A DNA stretch of 64,000 nucleotides from an uncultured bacterium (GTDB lineage: Bacteria > Babelota > Babeliae > Babelales > Vermiphilaceae), in NCBI GenBank assembly GCA_963713925.1, contig OY970212.1:64001-128000 (forward strand). The letters are read 5' to 3'. This document shows positions 29,545 to 38,836 of the stretch, piece after piece. Each line of letters begins with the position of its first letter. Position 1 is the first letter of the stretch. Position numbers and translations under genes: made by a program. Under the pieces are notes generated by a model, which searched no databases, was not told the DNA's origin, and saw nothing but the letters and a program-made list of their open reading frames with translations.

Positions 29545-29848
29545 ATCAAGATAAAAAACTACTATATGATTTAATCAAGCAATACCTTAACCAAAAAAAG
29601 ATCCGTGGATTTTTAGTGATGATTTTATAATTCTCTATGACCAAGAACTCAGTAGTGAGTTATTTGATGAATACGAGCGTAGCATTCTTTCAGGCCTTAG
29701 CGAAGAAGTTGGCAGATTTACGAATATTGAATCCGACCTAAAGGAACATCCAGATGTTTACATTGGTGAAAAAACAATGTACCTATTAGTTGAAAAAGCG
29801 TGGAAGGATTTAGCTAACTATGTCACTAAATCAAAAGACATTTCATGA
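29541..29848 (+). pseudogene. frameshifted immunity-like gene, paralog of 29820-30104
   Basis: MNQDKKLLYDLIKQYL in one frame continues as FSDDFIILYD...RF...E.DLKEHPDVYIGEKTMYLLVEKA in another; the shift is near the A7/T5 runs at about 29593-29614. Confidence 0.7.
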
Positions 29849-30104
29849 TCTCATAGAACATTACCTCGCTCATCGAATATCTTCGGAGAGCTTTAGCGAT
29901 AACTTTGTTGATTTATTCTATGAAACAAAGCGTGAATCATTTTCTACTCCAGAGAAGGAAATACTTTTGGATTTAGTAGAATGGCTTAAACGCTTTAGCC
30001 CTTTTGAAGAAGATTTAAAACAATATCCAAATGTGTATATCGACGAAAAAACCATGTATCGATTGGTTGAAAATGCAAGAGAAAAAACTGAAGCACGGGG
30101 ATAA
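29820..30104 (+). CDS. small helical immunity-like protein (colicin-D-immunity-like)
   Basis: LI..YL...IS...F.D.F..L...E and RFS..E.DL....YIDE; acidic; lies in the toxin downstream array. Confidence 0.55.
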   Translation: MSLNQKTFHDLIEHYLAHRISSESFSDNFVDLFYETKRESFSTPEKEILLDLVEWLKRFSPFEEDLKQYPNVYIDEKTMYRLVENAREKTEARG

Positions 30105-30404
30105 ATGAGATATTTAATCCTCATTGCGGATTACACGCAATCATGTATACATGACGATTTTAGTGGGCCTCTCAGACTTGCTGATTTATCGCTTCCCACA
30201 GAAATAGTTACACAATTAGAACAATGGAATGAACGTTATAAAGCAATCATTCCTCTTTCAGATAAAGACCGAATTAAACAACTACAACTCATTCATGATT
30301 TGGATAAACAAGGATTATTACTATCTTCGCAGCTTCAAAATATATTGAATGCCAAGGTTAAATATTTTAGTGAAGGACTTTTACAATATTTGTCTCCTAA
30401 ATAG
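30105..30404 (+). CDS. small hypothetical, probable orphan immunity protein
   Basis: Abuts the previous gene; L.LP..I...LE.WN..Y, D.QG..L. Confidence 0.5.
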   Translation: MRYLILIADYTQSCIHDDFSGPLRLADLSLPTEIVTQLEQWNERYKAIIPLSDKDRIKQLQLIHDLDKQGLLLSSQLQNILNAKVKYFSEGLLQYLSPK

Positions 30405-30413
30405 AAATAAGTT

Positions 30414-30893
30414 TTGATGCCAGAATATTTCGAAATATCTTTCATATCAAAAAAAATCGCTCCAAAAGAAAAAATTTCTGATCTTTTTCTTACTCGGATT
30501 CATTTACAGGAAGGCGAAAACTATCTCATACACAGTGACTATGCCTTGATGCAAAAGAAAAACATATTATTTCACATATATGAATATGACGATACTGATT
30601 ATCTTGAATCTACTATCAGTATTCCCGAAATGAAATTTTACAAGAAATCGTTTGATAGAGAACTAGAAGAAATTAAAAAAATCGTGTTGGCATGTTCTCA
30701 GTTTTATACCTTTGAATTTGCGGTTTGCAGCTATGAAATGAATAGTTATTTTATCACCAATGTTAAAACAATTAATGATATGGATGACGCATTTCTGCTA
30801 CAATTCCCCATTTACTTCAACAATAGCGTTAAAAAATCATTTGGTATGTACGTCAATGTAGCAGCGCAAGAAATCTTTGTAGATGAAGATTAA
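30414..30893 (+). CDS. acidic hypothetical, probable orphan immunity protein
   Basis: Last gene of the AT-rich co-oriented array. Confidence 0.5.
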   Translation: MMPEYFEISFISKKIAPKEKISDLFLTRIHLQEGENYLIHSDYALMQKKNILFHIYEYDDTDYLESTISIPEMKFYKKSFDRELEEIKKIVLACSQFYTFEFAVCSYEMNSYFITNVKTINDMDDAFLLQFPIYFNNSVKKSFGMYVNVAAQEIFVDED

Positions 30894-30926
30894 TAGTAAA
30901 AAATGAATAGATTATCACCACAACGA

Positions 30927-30962
30927 AAAGAGGGAATGTCCTTAAGGACATTCCCTCTTTTC
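30927..30962. terminator. bidirectional intrinsic terminator
   Basis: AAAAGAGGGAATGTCCT-TA-AGGACATTCCCTCTTTT perfect inverted repeat between convergent genes. Confidence 0.85.
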
Positions 30963-30980
30963 ATTTTTCACAATTACAGT

Positions 30981-32660
30981 TTACTGACCAGTTGCGGTTG
31001 TTTTCTTGTTGATAGATTCAAGAAACTCTTCATTTGTTTTGTGTTTCTTCAATTTATCAATCAAGAATTCCATACCTTCCATTGAGTTCATAGTCGCCAA
31101 GAACTTTTGCATCACCCAAACCTTATTGAGCTCGTCCTCAGGAAGTAACAACTCATCGCGGCGAGTACCTGACACTAAAATATCAAAGGCAGGATAAATA
31201 CGTCGGTTTGAAAGTTTACGCGTCATATGCATTTCCATATTACCCGTACCCTTAAACTCTTCGTAAATAACCTCATCCATGCGAGAGCCGGTATCAATCA
31301 ATGATGATGCAATAATGGTGAGCGACCCGCCTTCTTCGGTGTTTCGCGCAGCGCCAAAGAAACGTTTTGGTCGTTGCAATGCATTTGCATCAATACCACC
31401 GGTCAATACCTTGCCTGAAGCAGGGGCTACCGTGTTGTAAGCTCGCGCCAAACGAGTGATCGAGTCAAGCACGATGACCACATCTTTGCCCGCTTCGACA
31501 AGTCGTTTTGCTTTTTCAAGCACGATTTCTGCAACTTGCACGTGGCGATCTGCCGACTCATCAAAGGTCGAGCTGATTACTTCTGCTGAAGTGCCTCTGA
31601 CCATGCGGCGCATTTCTGCAACTTCTTCCGGACGCTCATCAATCAAAAGCATGATTAAATGAACTTCAGGGTGATTTGCAATCAATGCTTGCACGATATC
31701 TTTGAGCAAGACCGTTTTACCCACTTTTGGCTGCGCAACGATTAATCCACGCTGCCCTTTACCAATCGGAGTAAACATATCCATGATACGAGTTGAAAGA
31801 TTTGCTGGATCATGTTCAAGATTAAACTTTTTTTCCGGGTGCAATGGAGTCAGGCGATCGAAATTAGGTCTATCTTCAGTCAATGCCGGTTCACCAAAAT
31901 TTACTTTGCTTACTTTGAGTAAAGCAAAATACTTTTCCCCCTCTTTTGGACGGCGAATCACGCCGGTCACTGTATCGCCAGTTCTTAAATTAAAGCGACG
32001 AATTTGTGATGGAGAAACATAGATGTCATCCGGTCCGGAGACGTAGTCGAATTTGCCTGAGCGTAAAAAGCCAAACCCGTCCGGCAACTTCTCAAGTACG
32101 CCTTCAATCTCTGCCTCAAAATCAGGGTTTGCTTCCGCAAATTTTATTTTTCGTACTAACTCTTCTTTATTCATCAATGTTGCACCAATAATGCCAAGTC
32201 TTCGGGCATAATGGTTTAACTCAGTCAATGTCATAGTTTCAACAGATACTTTTCTTTGTTCCTGTGCCTGATATGGCCGCTGATGATGAGTAGGCCCTGA
32301 GGGTTGAGCACTTGGCTGAGTTTCGTAAGATCGATTTTCTTTTGGTTGTTGTTCAACATCAGAAGCTTGTTGTGTCGCCGGTTGTGCATCGGGTTGTTGA
32401 GATGATCTATAGTTCTTTGTGCGAGGGTTTCGATATGAATATGTTCTACCGGTTCTGCGTTGACGACCTTCTGTGCTGCTTTCGGGATTTGCAGAAGATT
32501 CGCCCGCTTGTCCGGCTTGTGATTGATGTTCCGCCTGCTTATCTTGACGAGCTTCTCTTGCTGCATCTGTGGCAAAGGCGGAGTCATGATCCTTCATCTC
32601 TTGCTCTTCTTTTTGTTCCGGCTGTTGATTGCGCAATAAGCGTGGATCCTGAGCGCTCAT
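30981..32660 (-). CDS. rho: transcription termination factor Rho with Q/R-rich N-terminal extension
   Basis: [60 protein letters not shown]. Confidence 0.98.
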   Translation of the reverse strand: MSAQDPRLLRNQQPEQKEEQEMKDHDSAFATDAAREARQDKQAEHQSQAGQAGESSANPESSTEGRQRRTGRTYSYRNPRTKNYRSSQQPDAQPATQQASDVEQQPKENRSYETQPSAQPSGPTHHQRPYQAQEQRKVSVETMTLTELNHYARRLGIIGATLMNKEELVRKIKFAEANPDFEAEIEGVLEKLPDGFGFLRSGKFDYVSGPDDIYVSPSQIRRFNLRTGDTVTGVIRRPKEGEKYFALLKVSKVNFGEPALTEDRPNFDRLTPLHPEKKFNLEHDPANLSTRIMDMFTPIGKGQRGLIVAQPKVGKTVLLKDIVQALIANHPEVHLIMLLIDERPEEVAEMRRMVRGTSAEVISSTFDESADRHVQVAEIVLEKAKRLVEAGKDVVIVLDSITRLARAYNTVAPASGKVLTGGIDANALQRPKRFFGAARNTEEGGSLTIIASSLIDTGSRMDEVIYEEFKGTGNMEMHMTRKLSNRRIYPAFDILVSGTRRDELLLPEDELNKVWVMQKFLATMNSMEGMEFLIDKLKKHKTNEEFLESINKKTTATGQ

Positions 32661-32746
32661 TCAAAGCTCCTTATAGAAAATAAATATATCAAAATCATGA
32701 ATAAACCTTTATGTAGAGCATGAATAAATCATGCAAAAATGTCATG

Positions 32747-32775
32747 CGCCCTACTACGCTGAAGCTACGAAGGGT
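32747..32775. repeat. palindromic repeat copy upstream of rho
   Basis: CCCTACTACGCTGAAGCTACGAAGGG resembles CTACTTCGCTAAAGCTTCGTAG at 13404. Confidence 0.5.
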
Positions 32776-32908
32776 TTTACTCACCCTCCCACGATTCAAA
32801 AAAGTGTGTAACTATCAGGCATCGTAGAATAAAAAATAAATGCAAATACCAAAACGATCGGCTTTTTTCATAGCAATGTGCACAACATAAGGCTATTACT
32901 AAAATGAT

Positions 32909-33802
32909 CTAGTTCTGATTTTTATATAGCAACATCATCACAGGACTTGCAATATATATGGAAGAATATGTTCCGAAAATAATTCCCACTAAAAGAGCAA
33001 TGCAAGAATTACGAAGCGCTTCTCCACCTAAAAAGAGCAGTGGCAAAATAACAACTGCTGTTGAAACGCTGGTCAAAATAGTTCTTCGCAATGTTTGATT
33101 CAAACTTGTATTAACAATTTCTGTCAAAGATTTTCCTGACATACGCTTCAAATTGTCGCGAATTTGAGAAAATATAACAATGGTATCGTTAATGGAATAA
33201 CCTAAAATAGCCAATATCGCCATGATAACGGTCATTGAAATTTCAATTCCAAAGAACATAAATACAAAAAGCATTGCTATCGCATCATGCACCAAAGCAA
33301 CAACAGCTCCGGTTGCAAATGCAAACGACCAGAAGCGAACTGCTATGTAAATCAGCATGGCAATCAAAGAGATAACAATCGCCTTAATTGATTTATTACG
33401 AAGCTCAGCTCCGACGCCAGCTCCCACGGCTTCAACTTGTAAAATGGTCACTTTATTTTGCTCGCCGAATTTCTTTTGCATTACTTGCCGCATGTTTTCA
33501 GCAAGCCCTTGCGAATCATTTGAAAACTCTTTCACACGAACAAGCAAACGATTTTGATTATCGGCAAATGATCTAACTATTACCCCCGACCACCCTTCAG
33601 ATTCAAGCGCTGATTTTACTTGTTCAGCAGAAACAGGTGATTGTAATTCGATAAGGAACTGGGTTCCACCAGTAAACTCAACACTATAATTAAAAGGCGA
33701 CCCCGTGGTCATTAACCGATAGGTAAAAAGACCGATAAATGAGGCGACAAGTGAAATTGAAAAGATGGCACTGAGCCAGCGATATTTAAGAAAATTAATC
33801 AT
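32909..33802 (-). CDS. secF: protein translocase subunit SecF
   Basis: EFTGGT, VGAGVGAEL, ALVHD, GYSINDTIVIFSQIR, GTYSSIYIASP. Start at MINFLKYR with GGGAG RBS. Confidence 0.93.
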   Translation of the reverse strand: MINFLKYRWLSAIFSISLVASFIGLFTYRLMTTGSPFNYSVEFTGGTQFLIELQSPVSAEQVKSALESEGWSGVIVRSFADNQNRLLVRVKEFSNDSQGLAENMRQVMQKKFGEQNKVTILQVEAVGAGVGAELRNKSIKAIVISLIAMLIYIAVRFWSFAFATGAVVALVHDAIAMLFVFMFFGIEISMTVIMAILAILGYSINDTIVIFSQIRDNLKRMSGKSLTEIVNTSLNQTLRRTILTSVSTAVVILPLLFLGGEALRNSCIALLVGIIFGTYSSIYIASPVMMLLYKNQN

Positions 33803-33938
33803 GTATACTCCCCGGTGCCTTACGCTTCTATTGAAATAAGACACCATGATTTTTTTATTGCAGAATTCGCCTTCGCAAATCCTATTGCTTTCAAACTTTT
33901 GACATAGTATCAGAATTGAACCTGACCTTCGAAGCTTG

Positions 33939-34075
33939 GGCCTCAAATGCAAATTTGGGTAAAAGCTTATTGATACTATTTCGCTGCTCCGCAGCTTCGA
34001 AGTGCCTTGGTCTGCTTGTCCTACGAAGTTTTAACAAAGTAGGCCCCAAATGAAACTCATGCTGAATTTGGGTAC
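33939..34075. repeat. cluster of palindromic repeat modules between secF and rpmA
   Basis: GGGCCTCAAAT..ATTTGGGTAAAA, GCTTGTCCTACGAAGTTTTAACAAAGTAGG, GGCCCCAAAT...ATTTGGGTA. Confidence 0.65.
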
Positions 34076-34083
34076 AAGTAGGT

Positions 34084-34338
34084 TTATGCAGCAAGAACTG
34101 AAATGTAACGGCGTCCTTTTGGACCGTAGTGAAACTTGATCAAGCCTTCAGCTTGCGCAAAAAGTGTGTCATCACCACCGCGTCCAACACCTTTACCCGC
34201 ATGGAAGCGAGTGCCGCGTTGACGAACGATAATTTCACCGCCAGAAACATGTTGACCATCAAAAAGTTTGACGCCTAGTCGTTTACTTTTACTATCTCGA
34301 CCATTCGACGTACTACCACCGGATTTACTCGTTGCCAT
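34084..34338 (-). CDS. rpmA: 50S ribosomal protein L27
   Basis: [33 protein letters not shown]. Confidence 0.97.
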   Translation of the reverse strand: MATSKSGGSTSNGRDSKSKRLGVKLFDGQHVSGGEIIVRQRGTRFHAGKGVGRGGDDTLFAQAEGLIKFHYGPKGRRYISVLAA

Positions 34339-34566
34339 CGTATTTCCCTTAGAAGATTATTTTTTATTAATTTAATTTTTTACAAAGTCTGTTGATGTTA
34401 TCAAAAAAGACATGAATTTTGTATCTGAATCAATGAGCTCCGGACAGACAATTTGATGCCCCAGATATTGACCAATACAGATTTCAGTATGGCCAAAGAG
34501 AGGAAAATGTCAATATAACAATGGTGTTTTTTGCCATATTTACAGAGACTATACCCATTATTTAAC

Positions 34567-34622
34567 GGGGCCCCCAAATTTCATTTGGGGTGTCTTACTT
34601 CGTAGCATGAGCGACGGCTGGA
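34567..34622. repeat. palindromic repeat modules just downstream of polA
   Basis: GGGGCCCCCAAAT-TTC-ATTTGGGG hairpin plus TGTC...CGTAGCATGAGCGACGGCTGGG. Confidence 0.55.
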
Positions 34623-34630
34623 CTATTTTA

Positions 34631-37447
34631 CTATTTTGTCACTTCTTTCCAAGTGCTGCCATGTCTCACAGAAACGACCAAAGGCACTTTCCATGATACC
34701 ACAGCCTCAAGCTCCTTTTTGGCCAGCTCTTCTACCATTTGAATCTGTTCTTGGGGCGCCTGGATAAGCAATTCATCATGGATCTGAAGGACCATTTCTG
34801 CCGGTATATCAGTCCTCTTGAGAGCTTCATCAAGCCGAATCATCCCCCATTTCATGATTTCAGCGGCCGTCCCTTGGGCCTTGGTATTAATCGCGACACG
34901 GCGCGCCTCTTGATAGAGCGAAGCGTTTTTTTCATAAATGCCCGGTATATAACGGCGCCTACCCCAGTAGGTCGTCACATATCCTTTTTCTTTAGTTTCT
35001 TGCACCACCTGCTCCATCCACTCAGAAACTCGAGGGTATTGAGCAAAATATTTATCAATATAGAGCTTTGCGTCTCGCAGTGGTATATCAAGATCCTTGG
35101 AGAGACCAAAAGGTGTAAGGCCATATAAAATACTGAAATTAATTCGTTTGCCCAGCTGACGCATCTGGGAGGTGACTCCCGCAAGCGGCACATCAAATAA
35201 ACGCGCTGCCGTTTGTGAGTGAATATCCACATTGTGAGTAAATGCCTCAATAAGCGCCGGATCACCCGAGAGCTCAGCAAGCACTCGAAGCTCAATTTGT
35301 GAATAGTCTGCACTTATAAACACATTTCCCGGATCCGCTTTAAATGCTTCGCGAACCAAGATGCCATACCCTGAAGCGGTCGGAATGTTTTGCAAATTGG
35401 GGTCAGAGCTTGCCAATCGCCCTGTGGCGACAGCGATCTGACTGAAAGAGGTGTGAATTTTTCCTGTTTTTGGATTCACATAGGTGGGCAATGCGTCCAC
35501 ATAAGTGCTTTTGAGTTTGGTAAGTTCTCGATATTTTATTAAAAGACTGGGCACAGGGTGCAATTTTGAAAGTGCAGTAAGTACTTCTTGGTCTGTCGAA
35601 TAGCCGGTTCCTTTAGCACTCTTTTTTTGCGGAGGAAGTCCTAAGCGCACAAAAAGCAGTTGCTCAATTTGTCGCGGAGAGTTGAGGTTGATCCCTTCAG
35701 TTGATTCTGATCCGATCTGATGTGCAATTTCCGTTTCAATCGTTTCAATGTCTCGAATAATGCTTTCATCCAATTTTTTCAAAAATGGCACATCAAGCGA
35801 AATGCCCGCAAGCTCCATCTGATATAAAATGGTTGTGATAGGAGCTTCAAGGTTATAATACAAATCCTCGAGCCCCACTTTTTTTAACTCATCTTGCATA
35901 ATGGGCACCAGTTGCATGGTCTGATGCGCATCGGCGGCAGCATATGCAGTTGCAAGCTCAAGGGGGACTTCTGAAAAATCTTTGTATCCATTGTTTTTGA
36001 CAACTTCTTGGAAGGTCAACATTCGCTCATTGAGATACACTTGCGACAATTCTTTGAGCGCAGCCCGCTGCCAATCTTTGACGATTAAACTTGCCGCAAC
36101 CATTGTGTCAAAATCGACTGAATCGATTGAAATGCCATGTGCGTGCAACACTTCTTGATCAAATTTGGCATTATGCATATAAATTTTCACGTCGCTGCGC
36201 AAAACAGGGCTCAGATGCTTAATAATTGTTTCAAGAGGAAGTTGAATTTGTTCAATTTTATGCCCGACCCGATCTTCGCTCATTCCGGGTCTTCCGACTC
36301 GGTGAGCTTCGCCGGGCACGGCCGCAGCATTTGTAGCAGAGGCGGGCTCAATTTTATGTCCGGTCGGGATGTAGTAGGCTGTTCCCTTTGCGGTGCACAA
36401 CGAAATACCAACTAAATCTACTTCTAACGGACTCAGTCCATTTGTTTCTGTGTCGATGGCAACAACGCCCGCACGTTTTATTTCGGCAACAAGCTCATCA
36501 AGAGATTTCTCATCGGAAATGGTAATAAATGTGTATTGAGATAATGAAGCATGTTCCAATTGTGCGACTTGTGCGCTATCGCCTGGCGCACCTATTTCTT
36601 GCAATAATGATTTAAAATTTAACTCAGCAAAAAGAGGCGCCGCGTTTGCCCACTGTGATCCGTCAAAGCTGAGCTGATCTTTGTTTTTGTCGGTAGCGTA
36701 ATACTGCAGCAGAAAAAGTTCGTAGCTCAAATAGGCTTTTTCTTTTTGCTCAATCAACACTTGTCTTGTTTTCGGCTTTACGACTTGATCGATTTTTTCA
36801 TACATATCATCAAGCGATGCAAATTGCTGCACAAGATCAGTTGCACCTTTTTGACCGATGCCTTTTACGCCAGGAATATTATCAGAACTATCGCCCAGGA
36901 GCGCAAAATAAAAGGGAAGTTTTTCGGGAGGAAAGCCTAATTTTGTCTCGAGCTGCGCGCGATCAATGATTGCATCTTTGAATGGGTCGTATAACGTAAT
37001 ACCTTCGTCAGTCAGCATTTGGCCCATATCTTTATCAGCAGATAAAATCACCACCTGCTGACCACGCTCGCGCGCTTCTTTCGCTAATGAAAACATCAAA
37101 TCATCTGCTTCAACGCCGGTTTTGCCCAGTTGCGGCAACCCGATCAAATCGGCAAATTGGATAATATATTCTTTTTGTGTAAACAAATCGCTCGGTGGCG
37201 CTTGACGCGTCGCTTTATATTCGGGAAAAATTTCATGACGCGTTGTCTTGCCTTTACTATCCCAGACCAGCACGCAATATTCTGGTTTGAATGTATTGAT
37301 AAATTTTTTGATCATCCGACAAAAACTATACACCGCCTGCACTGGCTCGCCTTTGAGCGTGTGCAGCGGGCGTAAGCCATAGTAGGCTCGATATAAATAG
37401 GCAGAGCCATCGATTAAATAAAGCGTTTTTGAAGAATCGGGAATCAT
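34631..37447 (-). CDS. polA: DNA polymerase I
   Basis: LIDGS 5'-3' exonuclease, GDSSDNIPGV, DTET 3'-5' exonuclease, TGRLASSDPNLQNIP, DYSQIELR, LQIHDEL. Confidence 0.98.
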   Translation of the reverse strand: MIPDSSKTLYLIDGSAYLYRAYYGLRPLHTLKGEPVQAVYSFCRMIKKFINTFKPEYCVLVWDSKGKTTRHEIFPEYKATRQAPPSDLFTQKEYIIQFADLIGLPQLGKTGVEADDLMFSLAKEARERGQQVVILSADKDMGQMLTDEGITLYDPFKDAIIDRAQLETKLGFPPEKLPFYFALLGDSSDNIPGVKGIGQKGATDLVQQFASLDDMYEKIDQVVKPKTRQVLIEQKEKAYLSYELFLLQYYATDKNKDQLSFDGSQWANAAPLFAELNFKSLLQEIGAPGDSAQVAQLEHASLSQYTFITISDEKSLDELVAEIKRAGVVAIDTETNGLSPLEVDLVGISLCTAKGTAYYIPTGHKIEPASATNAAAVPGEAHRVGRPGMSEDRVGHKIEQIQLPLETIIKHLSPVLRSDVKIYMHNAKFDQEVLHAHGISIDSVDFDTMVAASLIVKDWQRAALKELSQVYLNERMLTFQEVVKNNGYKDFSEVPLELATAYAAADAHQTMQLVPIMQDELKKVGLEDLYYNLEAPITTILYQMELAGISLDVPFLKKLDESIIRDIETIETEIAHQIGSESTEGINLNSPRQIEQLLFVRLGLPPQKKSAKGTGYSTDQEVLTALSKLHPVPSLLIKYRELTKLKSTYVDALPTYVNPKTGKIHTSFSQIAVATGRLASSDPNLQNIPTASGYGILVREAFKADPGNVFISADYSQIELRVLAELSGDPALIEAFTHNVDIHSQTAARLFDVPLAGVTSQMRQLGKRINFSILYGLTPFGLSKDLDIPLRDAKLYIDKYFAQYPRVSEWMEQVVQETKEKGYVTTYWGRRRYIPGIYEKNASLYQEARRVAINTKAQGTAAEIMKWGMIRLDEALKRTDIPAEMVLQIHDELLIQAPQEQIQMVEELAKKELEAVVSWKVPLVVSVRHGSTWKEVTK
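36252..36362 (-). repeat. in-frame 96-bp repeat-derived insertion in polA, flanked by 15-bp direct repeats
   Basis: TCAATTTTATG(C/T)CCG at 36252-36266 and 36348-36362; the interior is homologous to 56382-56460. Confidence 0.8.
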
Positions 37448-37590
37448 AATTTCCTTGAATGAACAAATGATATGCGCGGGTTAAGAAATAGAGTGCGCAT
37501 TTTTTTTGCAACTGGCAAGTTGGGCGCACAAAAAGAGCCGCTTTTTTATAAGCAGCTCTTTTCTCATTTGATTCACACTAAAGAGATCTA

Positions 37591-37905
37591 TTAAAATCTG
37601 TTGAGCGGTTGATCGATGTTAGTGATGTGAAATCTGTGTATTAAGTTTGGATTGCTTGAGTCTTTAACATCAAACGTCTCACACTTATACCACCCTTTGC
37701 TGTAAACGCCTCCGTTGTAATATGTGTAGCCGCGATATGAAAGAATCGCGCTATTGATCAACGAAGCTATTTCCAGACCGCCCATAATTATTGCCGGAGC
37801 GGCCATTGCAGCTGCTAACGCAAGCGACGGTTTTTGGTTGTTTTCACCGGCAAATGCTTGAGTTGACGCAATCAGCATCAAGCCAATTAACAATTGTTTT
37901 TTCAT
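37591..37905 (-). CDS. hypothetical secreted/membrane protein
   Basis: GGAG RBS, MKKQLLIGL..A.A signal, own terminator at about 37530-37562. Confidence 0.55.
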   Translation of the reverse strand: MKKQLLIGLMLIASTQAFAGENNQKPSLALAAAMAAPAIIMGGLEIASLINSAILSYRGYTYYNGGVYSKGWYKCETFDVKDSSNPNLIHRFHITNIDQPLNRF

Positions 37906-38032
37906 AAAAACTCCATATTTGAATTGTTATTATTACTATTAGAATATCATAATAGGGGGGGGTGTCAACTGGGATTCTTTGGCTGCTCAATAAATAAAAA
38001 GGGCCGATTCTGAAAATCGACCCTTTTTATTT

Positions 38033-38710
38033 TTACAACAAGTTTTGTTGACGTTGAATCACGCGTCCGATAATACGGAAGTGATCTTTACCACGAACAA
38101 GCGCTAACGGCGGAGTTTTATGGTTTACCGACTCAAGAACTATAAAGTCTTCAGTATAGGTAACTTGCATAATCGCCTTCTGCGGAGTTTCGTTTCCAAA
38201 TTCAACGGCCGCAATGTCGCCTGAACGAGTCCAAACGCCTGGGGAGATGATCAAATAATCACCTTTTACAAACGTCGGCGCCATGAAGTTGTTTTCAACG
38301 CACAATGCAAACATTGATGAATCATTGCTGTTGATCACCGGAATAAAGACATCTTTAAACCCGGTGGTAACTTGCGTTAACTGATTGTTATATTCGGTTG
38401 GATTCGAAGGGATTTCGCCCACAACTGGCACGATTTGAACTTTGATTTCGACGTCTGACTTCTCGGGAAGGCTAACGGTGCTGTCAATGTTATCAGTGCG
38501 TTTGCGTCTTTGTGCGAAAAGATCAATGGGACTTACTTCAAAAGCATTTGCAAGCTTTCTCAAGGAGTCTTCATTCCAGCGACGAGTCCCGTTTTTAATG
38601 TGGGTCAAGTAACTTTCAGACATACCGGTCTTTTCAGCCAAGACTTTGGTTGTCCAACCTTTTTCTCTTAACAATTCTTTTACACGTAATTCTGTTGAAC
38701 GTGATGACAT
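38033..38710 (-). CDS. XRE-family HTH regulator with S24/LexA-like C-terminal domain
   Basis: LAEKTGMSESYLTHIKNG HTH; VPVVG, M.P.F..GD.LII.P, L.S.N, F.IIG.V; GGAGGAG RBS. Confidence 0.85.
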   Translation of the reverse strand: MSSRSTELRVKELLREKGWTTKVLAEKTGMSESYLTHIKNGTRRWNEDSLRKLANAFEVSPIDLFAQRRKRTDNIDSTVSLPEKSDVEIKVQIVPVVGEIPSNPTEYNNQLTQVTTGFKDVFIPVINSNDSSMFALCVENNFMAPTFVKGDYLIISPGVWTRSGDIAAVEFGNETPQKAIMQVTYTEDFIVLESVNHKTPPLALVRGKDHFRIIGRVIQRQQNLL

Positions 38711-38836
38711 AGGATACTCCTCCTGTTATTATGTACAGGTATATGGTACAACTGTATTGTAATATAGGTTATATTACACTGCCTTATTTCTCATTGTACT
38801 AATTTTTGCAAACATGTCAAACAGAAAAGAAATTTC

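Noticed and set aside
33803..33952. N-terminal extension of SecF in the ORF track
   Set aside because: The family-like N-terminus and RBS are at 33802; the extension runs into repeat sequence
38033..38710. Prophage repressor marking a prophage
   Set aside because: No integrase, structural or replication phage genes nearby; the neighbours are polA-side genes and rnhB
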